Origin: an uncultured Acidobacteriota bacterium
GTDB lineage: Bacteria > Acidobacteriota > Vicinamibacteria > Vicinamibacterales > UBA8438
NCBI GenBank assembly: GCA_913043225.1
Contig: CAJWLU010000007.1
Coordinates: 64,001 to 128,000, forward strand
DNA: 64,000 nucleotides
Reading direction: 5' to 3'
Positions 47,456 to 57,606 of the stretch are shown here, in pieces. Position 1 is the first letter of the stretch, and each line of letters begins with the position of its first letter. A program made the translations under genes and the position numbers. The notes beneath the pieces are model-generated. The model did not search any database and was not told the DNA's origin. It saw only the letters and a program-made list of their open reading frames with translations.

Positions 47456-48988
47456 ATGGTGCGCCGCCCGATCCTCGCCACGCTCGGTCTGACGCTCTTC
47501 TGCGCCCTGGCCACGCTCAACGTCGGTGGCTATCGCTACGGGGTGCAGGACCAGTCCTTCTACATTCCGTCGATTCTGCAGGCGCTCGACCCCACGCTCT
47601 ACGAACGCGACGCGCCGCTACTCGGTGCCCAGGGCGTGTATTTCATTTTTGATGAAGCGATCGCGTCCCTGCTGGCAGCCACGGGCCTCAGCCTGCCGAC
47701 GCTGTTCCTGATGCTGTTCTTCGCAAGCCTGGCGCTGCTTGCCGGCTCCACCGCTGCGGCAGGCTGGAGCCTGTATCGCTCACGGTGGGCTGTGGCCGTG
47801 CTGGTACTGGGACTGACGCTCCGTCACAGAATCTCGATGACCGCCGTCAACACGCTCGAAGGCTATCTGCATCCCAGAATGCTAGCCTTCGCGGTCGGTG
47901 TCACCGCCCTAGCCCTCTTCCTGCGAGGGCGCTCCTGGATGGCTCTAGGAGTCGCCTTGGCCGCGGTCTCACTCCACCCCACCATCGCCGCATGGTTCCT
48001 ACTACTGTTGGGGGTTGCCGTGCTGGTGGGAGATCCCGAGGCCCGACGACCGCTGCTCAGAATCGGACTGGCGTTGGTACCGGTCGCACTCTGGCTGGTT
48101 GTCGACCGCCTAGGCGACCGGCTCGTCATCATGGACGACACCTGGCTGGCCTTGCTGGCCCACAAGTCCTATCTCTTCTCCACCCGCTGGCCGATCTCGG
48201 CCTGGGTGGCCAACCTCGGCACCGCCGCCCTACTCGCCAGTATTTACCTGTACCGACGCCGGCTGGCACTAGTCTCACCCCGGGAGACAGGGCTCGTCTG
48301 CGGTTGCGGCGCACTCCTGCTGTTCTTCCTGGTGACGCTCCCATTCGTCGACATGGGACTGGCGCTGGCCGTACAGTTGCAGATTGGTCGCATCTTCTGG
48401 CTAATCGACCTGCTCGCACTCGCGTCGCTCGCCTGGCTGGTAACCGCGCCCGAACACTGGCCGGTCCGCGTCCAGTCTCGGCAGCTGGCCCGACAGATGG
48501 CCGTCGCCGTGGTGCTGGTCGCAACCGTGGCAAGGGGCACCTATGTGACCTTCATCGAGCACCCCGAGCGCCCCGTCATTGCCTTGCACGACACCTCGGA
48601 CGACTGGGGTCGCACGATGCACTGGCTCACATCGACACCGTCAGACACCCATGTGCTCGCCGACCCGGCCCACGCCTGGCGCCACGGCACGAGCGTACGG
48701 GTCGCTGGGCAGCGCGACCTGTTCCTCGAAGAGGTGAAGGACCCGGCGCTGGCCATCTACTCTCGAGAGATAGCCCAGCGGGTACTAGACCGCGTCGAGG
48801 ACCTCGGCCCGTTCGAGACCCTGACCGCGACCAACGCGACGCATCTGGCCAGAAAGTATGATCTCGATTATCTTGTGACCGACCGTGCGCTGGGGTTGCC
48901 GCTGGCCTACCGCGCCGGTCAGTTCCGGGTCTACCGCCTGCAGCCGTTCCCGGCCGCAGTCGGATCACTCGTCGCCAGCCTCCGATAA
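47456..48988 (+). CDS. Multi-TM membrane protein, possible GT-C fold
   Basis: About 11 TM segments, YRYGVQDQSFYIP first loop and a soluble C-terminal domain. Confidence 0.55.
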   Translation: MVRRPILATLGLTLFCALATLNVGGYRYGVQDQSFYIPSILQALDPTLYERDAPLLGAQGVYFIFDEAIASLLAATGLSLPTLFLMLFFASLALLAGSTAAAGWSLYRSRWAVAVLVLGLTLRHRISMTAVNTLEGYLHPRMLAFAVGVTALALFLRGRSWMALGVALAAVSLHPTIAAWFLLLLGVAVLVGDPEARRPLLRIGLALVPVALWLVVDRLGDRLVIMDDTWLALLAHKSYLFSTRWPISAWVANLGTAALLASIYLYRRRLALVSPRETGLVCGCGALLLFFLVTLPFVDMGLALAVQLQIGRIFWLIDLLALASLAWLVTAPEHWPVRVQSRQLARQMAVAVVLVATVARGTYVTFIEHPERPVIALHDTSDDWGRTMHWLTSTPSDTHVLADPAHAWRHGTSVRVAGQRDLFLEEVKDPALAIYSREIAQRVLDRVEDLGPFETLTATNATHLARKYDLDYLVTDRALGLPLAYRAGQFRVYRLQPFPAAVGSLVASLR

Positions 48989-48991
48989 CCA

Positions 48992-50008
48992 TTGATCGCG
49001 TCCGCCTTCGTCCCACACCCACGTCTCACCAACGGACACTGGATGACCCTGTTTACTTGGGGCCGTGTCCGACACTTTCCGCGTCTGCCGACTCCCGTCG
49101 AGCGCTATTTCGACGTCGCCGCCGACGCCCGTGTTAAAGCACACTGCTACTGGCAGGAGGAGCCACGAGCGCACCTCACGCTGCTGGCGCTTCACGGCCT
49201 GGAAGGGTCAAGTGAGGCGCACTACATGCGCGGACTCGCTGACAAAGCCTACGCCGCCGGCTTCAACGCCGTGCTGCTCAACCAGCGGAACTGCGGCGGC
49301 ACCGAGGCGCTGTCGTCCGGCCTCTACCACTCCGGACTATCGGACGACCCATCTGCAGTGCTCGAGGAACTGACCGCACTCGACCGTCTGCCGGCCTTCG
49401 CCGTGGTCGGCTATTCACTGGGCGGCAACGTCGGCTTACGTCTGGCGGGCAGCTACGGCCCAACTCCGCCACCCGAGCTGCGCGCCGTCATCGCCATCTC
49501 TCCGACCATGGACCTGGCGGCCTGCGTCGATGCGCTAGAGCGTCGTTCGAACCTGGTCTACGAGTGGAACTTCGTGAGGAACTTGAAGGCGCGAATGCGG
49601 CGTAAGGCGACAGCCTGGCCAGGGAGGTTCGATCTGAGCCGACTCGCCAAGGTGCGGTCGGTCCGTGGGTTTGACGAGGAATACACCGCGCCGCACCACG
49701 GCTTCCGTAACGCCGACGATTACTACCACCGTGCCAGCAGTCTGCGGTTGATCGATCAGGTGTGGGTACCCACACTGCTCGTGAGCGCATCCGACGACCC
49801 GTTCGTGCCGCCGGAGCAGTTCTCAGATGAGCTGCTGCGGACTAACCCGTACATTACGGTCGAGGTGAGTCGGTTCGGTGGGCACTGCGGCTTCTACGCC
49901 GGCGCCTCGCCCGGATTCGACGGCTACTGGGCCGAAAAGCGAGCCATCGACTTCGTGCAAATGGCGCAGTCCGGATCGACGCGCACTACCTCGGTCACGT
50001 CTCGATGA
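48992..50008 (+). CDS. YheT-like alpha/beta hydrolase
   Basis: Motifs HGLEGS, YHSG, GYSLGG, DDPFVP and GGHCGF. Confidence 0.88.
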   Translation: MIASAFVPHPRLTNGHWMTLFTWGRVRHFPRLPTPVERYFDVAADARVKAHCYWQEEPRAHLTLLALHGLEGSSEAHYMRGLADKAYAAGFNAVLLNQRNCGGTEALSSGLYHSGLSDDPSAVLEELTALDRLPAFAVVGYSLGGNVGLRLAGSYGPTPPPELRAVIAISPTMDLAACVDALERRSNLVYEWNFVRNLKARMRRKATAWPGRFDLSRLAKVRSVRGFDEEYTAPHHGFRNADDYYHRASSLRLIDQVWVPTLLVSASDDPFVPPEQFSDELLRTNPYITVEVSRFGGHCGFYAGASPGFDGYWAEKRAIDFVQMAQSGSTRTTSVTSR

Positions 50009-50277
50009 GCCGACGCGCGAAGTCGAGGCCTTTTCCTTCGTCTTCGTGTTTGAAATAGACGAACACCTAGCGACAGGCGGCGGGTCGTTCGGTCACTGTC
50101 TCGGCCCGGCGAGTCAGGTCTTCGGGCTGATCGCCCTCGTCTCGCAACAGGAAACATCCTCAGTCGGACGTGATCACCACCGGCGTGGTTATCCATTCGC
50201 TGCAGACCACGCAGAGCGCCATCCGACGCGCCTGGAACCTGACGACGACGCTCCGTCTAACGGTACTCCATGGCGCG
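49995..50277 (-). pseudogene. C-terminal relic of DUF72 (YecE-like) protein
   Basis: MALCV..SE..TTPVVITSD*G.F.LRDEG....CR*VFVYFKHEDEGKGLDFARRL*. In-frame stops at 50160-50162 and 50067-50069. Confidence 0.75.
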
Positions 50278-50580
50278 CTAGTCTAAGTCGAACTCGCGCT
50301 CGGGTCTGGTGATCGGCTCTTTCTGGGCCTGGGCCAGCGCCTCTTCGAACCGCTTCGCCAGCGCGTCAGGCCGACTCTTCTCATCGCTGACCGACTGCTC
50401 GAACAACGCATCACGACGCGCAGCTTCCTCGGCCAGAATCTGCTGCGCCTGATCGAGCTGGGGCCTATCCTCGCGCGGAGGCTCCTGATGAGCGACGACC
50501 TGCCTCAGGTTGGGATCGATCGTCTGCGTACTGCCACAGCAGGGACAGACGACGTCGAACTCGGATGACAGCTTAGCCAT
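50278..50580 (-). CDS. Small hypothetical protein with CPCC motif and charged helical tail
   Basis: AAGGAGGG RBS, VVCPCCG, ends REFDLD. Confidence 0.7.
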   Translation of the reverse strand: MAKLSSEFDVVCPCCGSTQTIDPNLRQVVAHQEPPREDRPQLDQAQQILAEEAARRDALFEQSVSDEKSRPDALAKRFEEALAQAQKEPITRPEREFDLD

Positions 50581-50667
50581 GGAGCGCCCTCCTTGGTCAC
50601 TCGACCGGTGAACGCCCACCCTCGCCACGCGGCGTCGGCCGACGAAAGACACGGCTATCATACCGTC

Positions 50668-50941
50668 ATGGGAGGTGTTCGCTTCGCCCCCTCCGTCTCG
50701 GTTCCGATTGCGCTCCTGGTCACGATGACCTGGCTGGGAGCCAACCCCCTGCGCCTTCTTTTGCTCCCGGACGCACCGCCATCGACCGGTTCGGTCTCGG
50801 TCCGGCTCGTCGATGCGATCACCGGCATCCATGTCAGTGACCTATATGAACACGTGGTGTTTCAGGAGATTACCCGGGGGAGCAACCGAGACGACGCTGG
50901 ATCTCGTGCTGAGCGCCGATGGGGGACGGCCGGCGAACTGA
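50668..50941 (+). pseudogene. Probable collapsed relic of an exported carboxypeptidase-regulatory-like domain protein
   Basis: TATCAT box 6 nt before the ATG, signal-like start, TGSVSVRLVDAITG, then frameshifted PGGATETTLDLVLS...*. Confidence 0.4.
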
Positions 50942-50962
50942 CCCGTTCACGCCGAGCCGAGG

Positions 50963-51187
50963 CTACCCTTCCTCTTCGTAGCCTTCTTCTCCGATCGGGC
51001 TAATGCGCGTCGGCGGACGGAGCGCCTCGCGGTAGTCGTAGACCGGCATGCCCTGCACGTGCAGGTTGAGGACACACGCCGGAGCCTTGCGATCGACCAC
51101 CACGATCACGGGACTGCCCTCCACCCCCTCTCGAAATGCCAGGCGGCATCCGCAGGACAACATCGCGTGGGCAAAACCCTTTAGCAT
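50963..51187 (-). CDS. Small hypothetical protein (74 aa) with CGC...C...H
   Basis: GAGG RBS, TATGAT box upstream, acidic C-terminus. Confidence 0.65.
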   Translation of the reverse strand: MLKGFAHAMLSCGCRLAFREGVEGSPVIVVVDRKAPACVLNLHVQGMPVYDYREALRPPTRISPIGEEGYEEEG

Positions 51188-51302
51188 CGGTAAGACCTCG
51201 GGCGTCGGCGACGACCGCAACGAACAGCGCCCACCGACCGACGGATCATACTACAGCGCCCTCTGACAGGTACGCCATGCAACGGCCTTTCCCGCAGGAC
51301 AG

Positions 51303-51330
51303 AAAAAGGCCGGCCCTCAGGGGCCGGCCT
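51303..51330 (-). terminator. Intrinsic terminator of the TlpA-family gene
   Basis: AGGCCGGCCC-loop-GGGCCGGCCT followed by a T run on the minus strand. Confidence 0.8.
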
Positions 51331-51358
51331 CGATGCTCTAGCCGAACCGCGAAGGACA

Positions 51359-51913
51359 CTACAGCAGGTCGGTGATGTCCTTCTCGAACTCGTCCTTGGT
51401 GGCGATACCGGCGTGCGAACGGCATAGGACCCCTTCGCGGTCGATGAAAAACGTCATCGGCACGCCCCAGATCGGGCCAAAGGACTCCTGCACGTCCTCC
51501 CGGTCGACACCGACCAGCATCGGGTAGTCGACGTCGTACTCGGCAGAAAACTCCTGGATCTTATCGGCGGTGTCATCAATCGACACGCCAACGACCGCCA
51601 GGCCATCATCCCCGTACTCATCTAGGAATTCGACGAACCACGGCACCTCAACTTTGCAGGGCCCGCACCAGGTGGCCCAGAAGTTGAGCAGCACGACTTT
51701 TCCCTTGAGGGACTCAAAGTCGAATTCCTCGCCGTTCATGTCCTGCACCTGGAAGTTGAAGTCGGCGGGCCGGGCTTCGACATCACACGCCTCAGTCGTA
51801 AATCCGGCCTCCTCTGCGTGGGCGTGCGCATGTCCTGATGACGGGTCCACAGGTAACGTCAACAGCGCCAACGCCAGGGCAGCAGTGCCAGCCATGATCC
51901 ATCGCAGCGTCAT
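51359..51913 (-). CDS. TlpA/ResA-like thiol-disulfide oxidoreductase
   Basis: Signal peptide, KGKVVLLNFWATWCGPC and GVP.TFFIDREG. Confidence 0.92.
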   Translation of the reverse strand: MTLRWIMAGTAALALALLTLPVDPSSGHAHAHAEEAGFTTEACDVEARPADFNFQVQDMNGEEFDFESLKGKVVLLNFWATWCGPCKVEVPWFVEFLDEYGDDGLAVVGVSIDDTADKIQEFSAEYDVDYPMLVGVDREDVQESFGPIWGVPMTFFIDREGVLCRSHAGIATKDEFEKDITDLL

Positions 51914-52382
51914 TCACTTAACTCCTACCGGCACGTTCGCGTGCCAGCCTCCTGACGATAGCGTTGCATATAGGCTACGACCTTGTCCATGTCGGCGGAG
52001 GCCTCCTGGCCCCCTGTACCCGACCGCCGCCAACTCGCAACTGTGCCGAAACACCCACAACCGGACAGAACAACGTCGCTGGCTGGGGAACTCCCTTTCA
52101 CGGGCTGTTGCTAACGACGGTGGAGGGTGCCAAGCCGTCACTTTGTCCCCTTTTGTGGTCGTGTGGTCGCACGGATCGGACAGTCAGTGAGGTCACTTAC
52201 GGTGCTTTCGGCCATGGACCGCTCGCCTAGCGACGGCCCCCCGGTACGCCTCTTGCTCGTCGAAGAAACATGCCTTCCGAGCAGGATCCACATCGTTGCG
52301 ACGCCCGTCATAGCTACAGTAAGATGGCTATTGGTCCTTGCCAGCTCTCCTCACACGCCGCTGGCCCTCCACGAGGTGAATC

Positions 52383-55300
52383 ATGAGTCACACCCAGCGC
52401 TGCAGCACCGGCTTTGGCTGCTGGACGGTTGCCTGTCTCATCAGTCTACTCACAGTCAGCTGGACCGGCACCGCGTTCGCCCAGCAAGCGACCGACTTCT
52501 TCCCGTATCCCGGGAAGAACCGAGTGAAGTATGACGACTTCGAATGGCACATCTACGAGACCGATCACTTCGAGATCTACTACTACCCTGAGCTCGAGGA
52601 GCACCTGGCGCGCGTAGCTAGCTACGCCGAAAGCGCCTATGCGCAGATCAGCGCCGACCTGACGCACGATCTGCCCAACCTGGTGCCGCTGATGGTCTTC
52701 AAGACCCACAGCGAATTCGAGCAGCAGAACATCATCCCGGGCGCCAGCGGTGAAGGGGTAGGCGCGTTCGCCGAACCCTACCGTGGTCGGATCGCCCTTC
52801 CGATCGACGAGCCGCCCGACCAGCTATATCGGCTTGTCGCGCACGAGCTCACGCACCAGTTCGCCTTCGACATCATCCCGCGGTCCGTGATCCGGCGAGG
52901 CATCCCGCTCTGGGTGGACGAGGGGCTGGCCGACTACATGGCCGGCGTCTGGCGCCCGAACGACCTGATGATGATCCGCGACGCGGCGCTCTCAGACATC
53001 CTGCCTGAGATGAGCAAGTTCGAGGGCTACGGCGGCTTCACTAATCTCCGCGTGGTCTACAACCTCGGGCACGCCGCTTTCGAATTCATCGAAGAGCGGT
53101 GGGGCAAGGAGGGCATCCGCCAGTTCCTGTTCTCCCTTCGGAAGACGGTGGTCGGCGGTGGCGGTGACATCTACGAGGATGCGTTCGACATCCCCGCCGA
53201 AGAGTTCGACAGCGAGTTCGAGGGGTGGATCCGTGACCGGTTCGCAGCCTATCGCGACAAGGAGCGCCCAGACGACTACGGACGCGACCTGGCGCCCGAC
53301 CCGTTCGAGACCAAGTATCAGGCGATTTTCTCGGTCGAACCATCACCCACCGGCGACCTGGTGGCGGCCTACGCCCTCAACCGGAAAGAGCGCGAGGTTG
53401 ACATCGTCCTGATGTCGACCGCGGACGGCGAGGTCGTAAGCAACCTGACCGACGGATTCGATCAGGACCTGGGGTTCGAGTCGATCTCCTATTCGGTCCT
53501 GCGGTTCAACCAGGTACCGTTCATGTCCTGGTCGGCGGTGGATGACCGGCTGGCGTACTTCGTCCGCAAGGGGAAGTACCGATCCCTGGTACTCCAAAAC
53601 GTGGTGACCAAAAAGATCGAGGAGATGATCGACCTGGACACAGTCGACCAACCGGAGTCACCGGACATCTCTCCGGACGGACGCCATGTGGCCTTCTCCG
53701 CACTCTCGAACGCAGTGGGCGACATATTCGTGATGGATGTCGAGACACAGGAAATCCGGAACGTCACCGAGGACGACTTTGCCGACTATGGTCCGACGTT
53801 CTCACCTGACGGGTCGTACCTGGTCTACCTGGCACGGATCAGCGGTAACAACAAGCTGTTCAAAGTCGACCTTGAGAGCGGTGAGAAGACGCAGCTGACC
53901 TTCGGCACCTTCAACGAAGCGGCGGCCCAGTTCCTCGACGACCACACCCTGGTGTTCGCCTCGACGGCCGTGGATCCACTAACTCCAATAGACCCGGATC
54001 TAGCCGCGAACGGAGACATCTTCAACGTCTGGACCCTCGACCTGAACAATGGCGAGCTCCGACAGTACACCGACACGGCCACCGGCAACGTGTCAACGGT
54101 GGTCCTTCCGGATGAGGACGAGACCCGGATCGCCTTCATTACCTACTTCCGCGGGGTGTATGGCCTGCACACGGTCGTGCGCGAAGAACCACTCTACACT
54201 GCGTCAACCACCGACTACGGCGGCCCGGGCGCTAACATCGACTTCCAGGCGCCGCTCACCCACAACGTGATTGCGGCCAACGCCCGGCGCAAAGGCCGGT
54301 TCGAAAAGATGTTCCTGGACGCATCTCCACCGATCAACGTCGGGGTAACTAGCGGCGGTGACTTCCTTGGCGGCACAGCGCTGTCGTTCAGCGACGTGCT
54401 CGGCGACCAGAGCTTCCAGTTCTACGCCTATTCCATTTCGCAGTACCGCACCCTCGCCGCGTCCTACGTCAACATGAGCGGGCGGATGCAATTCGCCCTC
54501 CAGGGCTTTTCCCAGGAAAGCTTTTTCTTTGGTACCGCCGGGTTCTTCGCACCGGCGTTCGGCTTCCTAGATCGAGACCAAGCGATCGCGGTGCAAACGG
54601 TCCGGGGCGGCAGCGCTTTCGGGATCTACCCGTTCGACCGCTTCCGACGAATCGAGCTCACCGGTGGTCTGTTTCACTTCAACGAACGATTCGATAACCA
54701 GGCGCTCGAGCAGGAAGCTCGTCTGTTTCAACAGGCCCAGTTCGGTAGCGCGGAATTGTTCCGGAACGGCTCGACCCTGCCACTCGGCGTGAACTTTATA
54801 CAGGAAACCGCCGTTTTCCGAGAGTTCGGGCCGGTATCGGGCAACATCGTGGAGGTCGGCTACTCCTATGCACCGACCATCGGCACGTCTTTCCTTGGGA
54901 AGCAAACGGTCGACGCCGACGCACGCTACTATCTCCGGATCGGTGAAACTGGTGTTCTCGCGCTCCGCGGGCGTGGCTTCAAGAGCTTCGGCGACTTCCC
55001 CGACTTTCTCTTCTTCGGTGGCAACGGGGAAATGCGGGGCTACGAGTACCTCGAGTTCATCGGACACGACGCCGGCTTTCTGAACGCCGAGCTGCGATTC
55101 CCGCTAATCGAGGCGATGCTCACGCCAATCGGCGTCCTCGGCGGCATCCGCGGAACGTTCTTCTTCAACCTCGGTGGCGCGAGCCTAGTTGGTCAGCCGT
55201 TCAAGCTGTTCTCGAACAGCCCGACGACGTTCACGCCGACCGTCGGGTACGGCATCGACCCGACCACCGGTGGGTTTATCGAGATCTTCGGCGACGAACA

Positions 55301-55508
55301 GCAGGTCTCCGGGTTCCGGCTAGTCGACGGACGCGCCTCCTACGGCATCGGTCTCCAGACCACGGTCATCGGATTCCCGGTGCACTTCGACTGGTCCTGG
55401 CGGACGCTCTTCAACAAAGACTGGGAGGATCTGGTATTCGCCTCGCGCGGAGGCAGCGCAGCCTTCCGCGATCCGCAGATCGACTTCTGGATCGGGTATG
55501 ACTTCTGA
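52383..55508 (+). CDS. Zincin-like domain + PD40/TolB-type beta-propeller + Omp85-family beta-barrel fusion
   Basis: Signal peptide, AHELTH...WVDEGLA (HExxH+E), SPDISPDG and PTFSPDG repeats, MRGY, NAELRFP, terminal IGYDF. Confidence 0.8.
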   Translation: MSHTQRCSTGFGCWTVACLISLLTVSWTGTAFAQQATDFFPYPGKNRVKYDDFEWHIYETDHFEIYYYPELEEHLARVASYAESAYAQISADLTHDLPNLVPLMVFKTHSEFEQQNIIPGASGEGVGAFAEPYRGRIALPIDEPPDQLYRLVAHELTHQFAFDIIPRSVIRRGIPLWVDEGLADYMAGVWRPNDLMMIRDAALSDILPEMSKFEGYGGFTNLRVVYNLGHAAFEFIEERWGKEGIRQFLFSLRKTVVGGGGDIYEDAFDIPAEEFDSEFEGWIRDRFAAYRDKERPDDYGRDLAPDPFETKYQAIFSVEPSPTGDLVAAYALNRKEREVDIVLMSTADGEVVSNLTDGFDQDLGFESISYSVLRFNQVPFMSWSAVDDRLAYFVRKGKYRSLVLQNVVTKKIEEMIDLDTVDQPESPDISPDGRHVAFSALSNAVGDIFVMDVETQEIRNVTEDDFADYGPTFSPDGSYLVYLARISGNNKLFKVDLESGEKTQLTFGTFNEAAAQFLDDHTLVFASTAVDPLTPIDPDLAANGDIFNVWTLDLNNGELRQYTDTATGNVSTVVLPDEDETRIAFITYFRGVYGLHTVVREEPLYTASTTDYGGPGANIDFQAPLTHNVIAANARRKGRFEKMFLDASPPINVGVTSGGDFLGGTALSFSDVLGDQSFQFYAYSISQYRTLAASYVNMSGRMQFALQGFSQESFFFGTAGFFAPAFGFLDRDQAIAVQTVRGGSAFGIYPFDRFRRIELTGGLFHFNERFDNQALEQEARLFQQAQFGSAELFRNGSTLPLGVNFIQETAVFREFGPVSGNIVEVGYSYAPTIGTSFLGKQTVDADARYYLRIGETGVLALRGRGFKSFGDFPDFLFFGGNGEMRGYEYLEFIGHDAGFLNAELRFPLIEAMLTPIGVLGGIRGTFFFNLGGASLVGQPFKLFSNSPTTFTPTVGYGIDPTTGGFIEIFGDEQQVSGFRLVDGRASYGIGLQTTVIGFPVHFDWSWRTLFNKDWEDLVFASRGGSAAFRDPQIDFWIGYDF

Positions 55509-55528
55509 TCCGAAGAACGACTGAACCA

Positions 55529-55752
55529 ATGACGACCCTCGAGCCCCATGCTCCAGGGTCGTCTCCCTTCTGGACGATTTCCTGGAAAAATGGCTCTCGC
55601 CCGCAACTCAATTCGAGCTGGCGCGATACCTCGACGATTCTCACAGCTCCAGACCTACCGCCCGGCCGTCTCTCCGCTCGCTCCACGAAGAAGACCTCCT
55701 GACCGATCGTCGGTTGACGCTCAGCACTTTTCTGGGTCGGAACGAGAGTTAG
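55529..55752 (+). pseudogene. Relic of zf-HC2 anti-sigma-type protein
   Basis: CSRVVSLLDDFLEKWLSPATQFELARYLDD...LRSLHEEDL...RLTLSTFLGRN*. The HxxxCxxC motif is eroded and the ATG is out of frame. Confidence 0.55.
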
Positions 55753-55929
55753 ACAACTGTCGCCTGGGCTTTGGGCTTTTGGTGCTTGGCTAGGCAACCC
55801 CGAGGACCAGCCGTTCCCGGCCTGTTCTGCGCATGCTGGAGCCTGAAGCCCATCGCCGCCGGTCCGCGACGTATGGCCCAGCACGGACCTTACGGGCTTT
55901 GGTTGTCGCTCGCGCCAAAGCCTAGACAA

Positions 55930-57435
55930 CTACAGTCTATTCAGCCGCATCACGTTTCGGTTGAGGTCGAGGGTGACGCGGTAATCGCTCAGGAAGCTGT
56001 GACCGACGATGCCCCCGATATGGAAGCCGAGCAGGGCACTCGGACGATGGAGATTGAGCACGACGACTGAGTAGTTCCGGTACTGCAGCTCGTCGAAGGC
56101 TAGGTCGGTACCCGGTCGCAGATACGCATCCTCATCCCATCCCGAAGTACCGTAGACCTTGAGCGGGACCTGACGCACGGTAAGCGGCGGCAGCAGGTTG
56201 GCCGTGCCGCGGCTGATGGAGATAACCTCACCGCCAGAATCCACGACGAAGCTGCGGGCAAGCTGATCGTTGACTACCCCGCGGACCACCGGCAACCGAT
56301 ACTGCCGCAGCTCTAATTCGATGTCCGCCGGCTCGTCGGGCAGCTCCTCGCCCACGATGAGCTCTTGGCGCTCGTAGTCGATGGTCACCGACAGGCCGAG
56401 GGACAACGGCGAGAAGCCTTCCGCCTCTGGCGTCGGCAGTCCGCCAAGCGGCGGGCTCTTGATGATGACGGGGAGGTGGCTAACCTTAAGCGAACCAATC
56501 TCCAACGAATCGAGACGACCGGTCTGAAGGCCACGCAGGCCGACTTCGCCGACGCCTGCGCTCAGCGTGTTGGCGATCGGCTGAATGTCGAAATCTCTCG
56601 CGACTGGCTGCGACAAAACGGTCTGTTCGGCGCCGGTGTCCATGACGAAGTCGATCGGATCCCGGCCGTTGACCCGACCACGGACGATGACCTTGTCACG
56701 AACCAACCGAAAGGGAATCGTATGCACCCGTCCCGGCTCGGCCAGCACGAGCGCAGGACGGTCGCCGAACGAGCGGAGGAACTGAACCTCGGCTCGCGCC
56801 CAATCCGCTTTCTGGCTGTTGGTTGTCGTGGGAAGGCGATCAACATATGCCTGGTAGGCGTCGGCGGCTTCAGGGAACCGGCGCATCCGCTGATGAATGA
56901 AACCGAGCGTATGGTGTAGGCTCGCGACCTCAGGGGACACCTCGAGGGCGGCCCGCACCCAGTCGAGGGCATCGTCATACTGGCCGCGGGTGGTCATGCT
57001 CTTGGCCATGCCATGTCGACCGGCCGCAGACCCCGCGTCCATGGCGAGCACGTCGCGATAGACCTGCTCGGCCTCGTCGAACAGCCCGACTCCCCAGAGC
57101 GCGTCCCCGCGCAGTGCCAGGATTTCCGGATCATCCGATGCCAGATTAACTAGGAAATCCGCTTCTTCACGGGCCTGGGTAAACTCGGCCACCTGCAGCA
57201 GCGACCGAAGCAAGCCAGCGGAAGCTATAGCGACCTGGTCTGGGCCGGCGTCGGCCTTCGCCTCGTCGAAAACGGGGATGGCCTCCCAGTACCGCTGGTC
57301 ATCAAAGAGCAAATTCCCCAGCTGAATACGCGCCTCGCTCCGCGCGGTGGTCGGCGTCGACTGGGCATCGATCACCAGCGGGATCGCCACCCCTGCCGCG
57401 ACCAAGCAGACCAAAGTTTGAGCGACGCGCCTCAT
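55930..57435 (-). CDS. Exported TPR + tandem retropepsin-like aspartyl protease
   Basis: Signal peptide, TPR helices, FVMDTGA and FVVDSGG, GGIVGHSFL. Confidence 0.85.
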   Translation of the reverse strand: MRRVAQTLVCLVAAGVAIPLVIDAQSTPTTARSEARIQLGNLLFDDQRYWEAIPVFDEAKADAGPDQVAIASAGLLRSLLQVAEFTQAREEADFLVNLASDDPEILALRGDALWGVGLFDEAEQVYRDVLAMDAGSAAGRHGMAKSMTTRGQYDDALDWVRAALEVSPEVASLHHTLGFIHQRMRRFPEAADAYQAYVDRLPTTTNSQKADWARAEVQFLRSFGDRPALVLAEPGRVHTIPFRLVRDKVIVRGRVNGRDPIDFVMDTGAEQTVLSQPVARDFDIQPIANTLSAGVGEVGLRGLQTGRLDSLEIGSLKVSHLPVIIKSPPLGGLPTPEAEGFSPLSLGLSVTIDYERQELIVGEELPDEPADIELELRQYRLPVVRGVVNDQLARSFVVDSGGEVISISRGTANLLPPLTVRQVPLKVYGTSGWDEDAYLRPGTDLAFDELQYRNYSVVVLNLHRPSALLGFHIGGIVGHSFLSDYRVTLDLNRNVMRLNRL

Positions 57436-57564
57436 AATCCTCCCCGGGGAGCACTATGCCCCAATCGCCAAGGCAGGGCAAGCCAGATTTAGGACCTCAG
57501 GAGCAGCCAAGCCTCTGAGAACAGCCGCACCGGAGACGAAGCATCAGAACCCTAGATTACGTAG

Positions 57565-57603
57565 AAAAAGTCACGCCTGCTGCGCTGCAACAGGCGGGGG
57601 GAC
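57565..57603 (-). terminator. Intrinsic terminator after nuoI
   Basis: Minus strand CGCCTGTTGC-AGC-GCAGCAGGCG followed by TGACTTTTT. Confidence 0.7.
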
Positions 57604-57606
57604 AGC

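Noticed and set aside
52214..52267. Response-regulator N-terminal relic (PVRLLLVEE)
   Set aside because: Too short to support as a feature; noted only as a weak member of the relic pattern.
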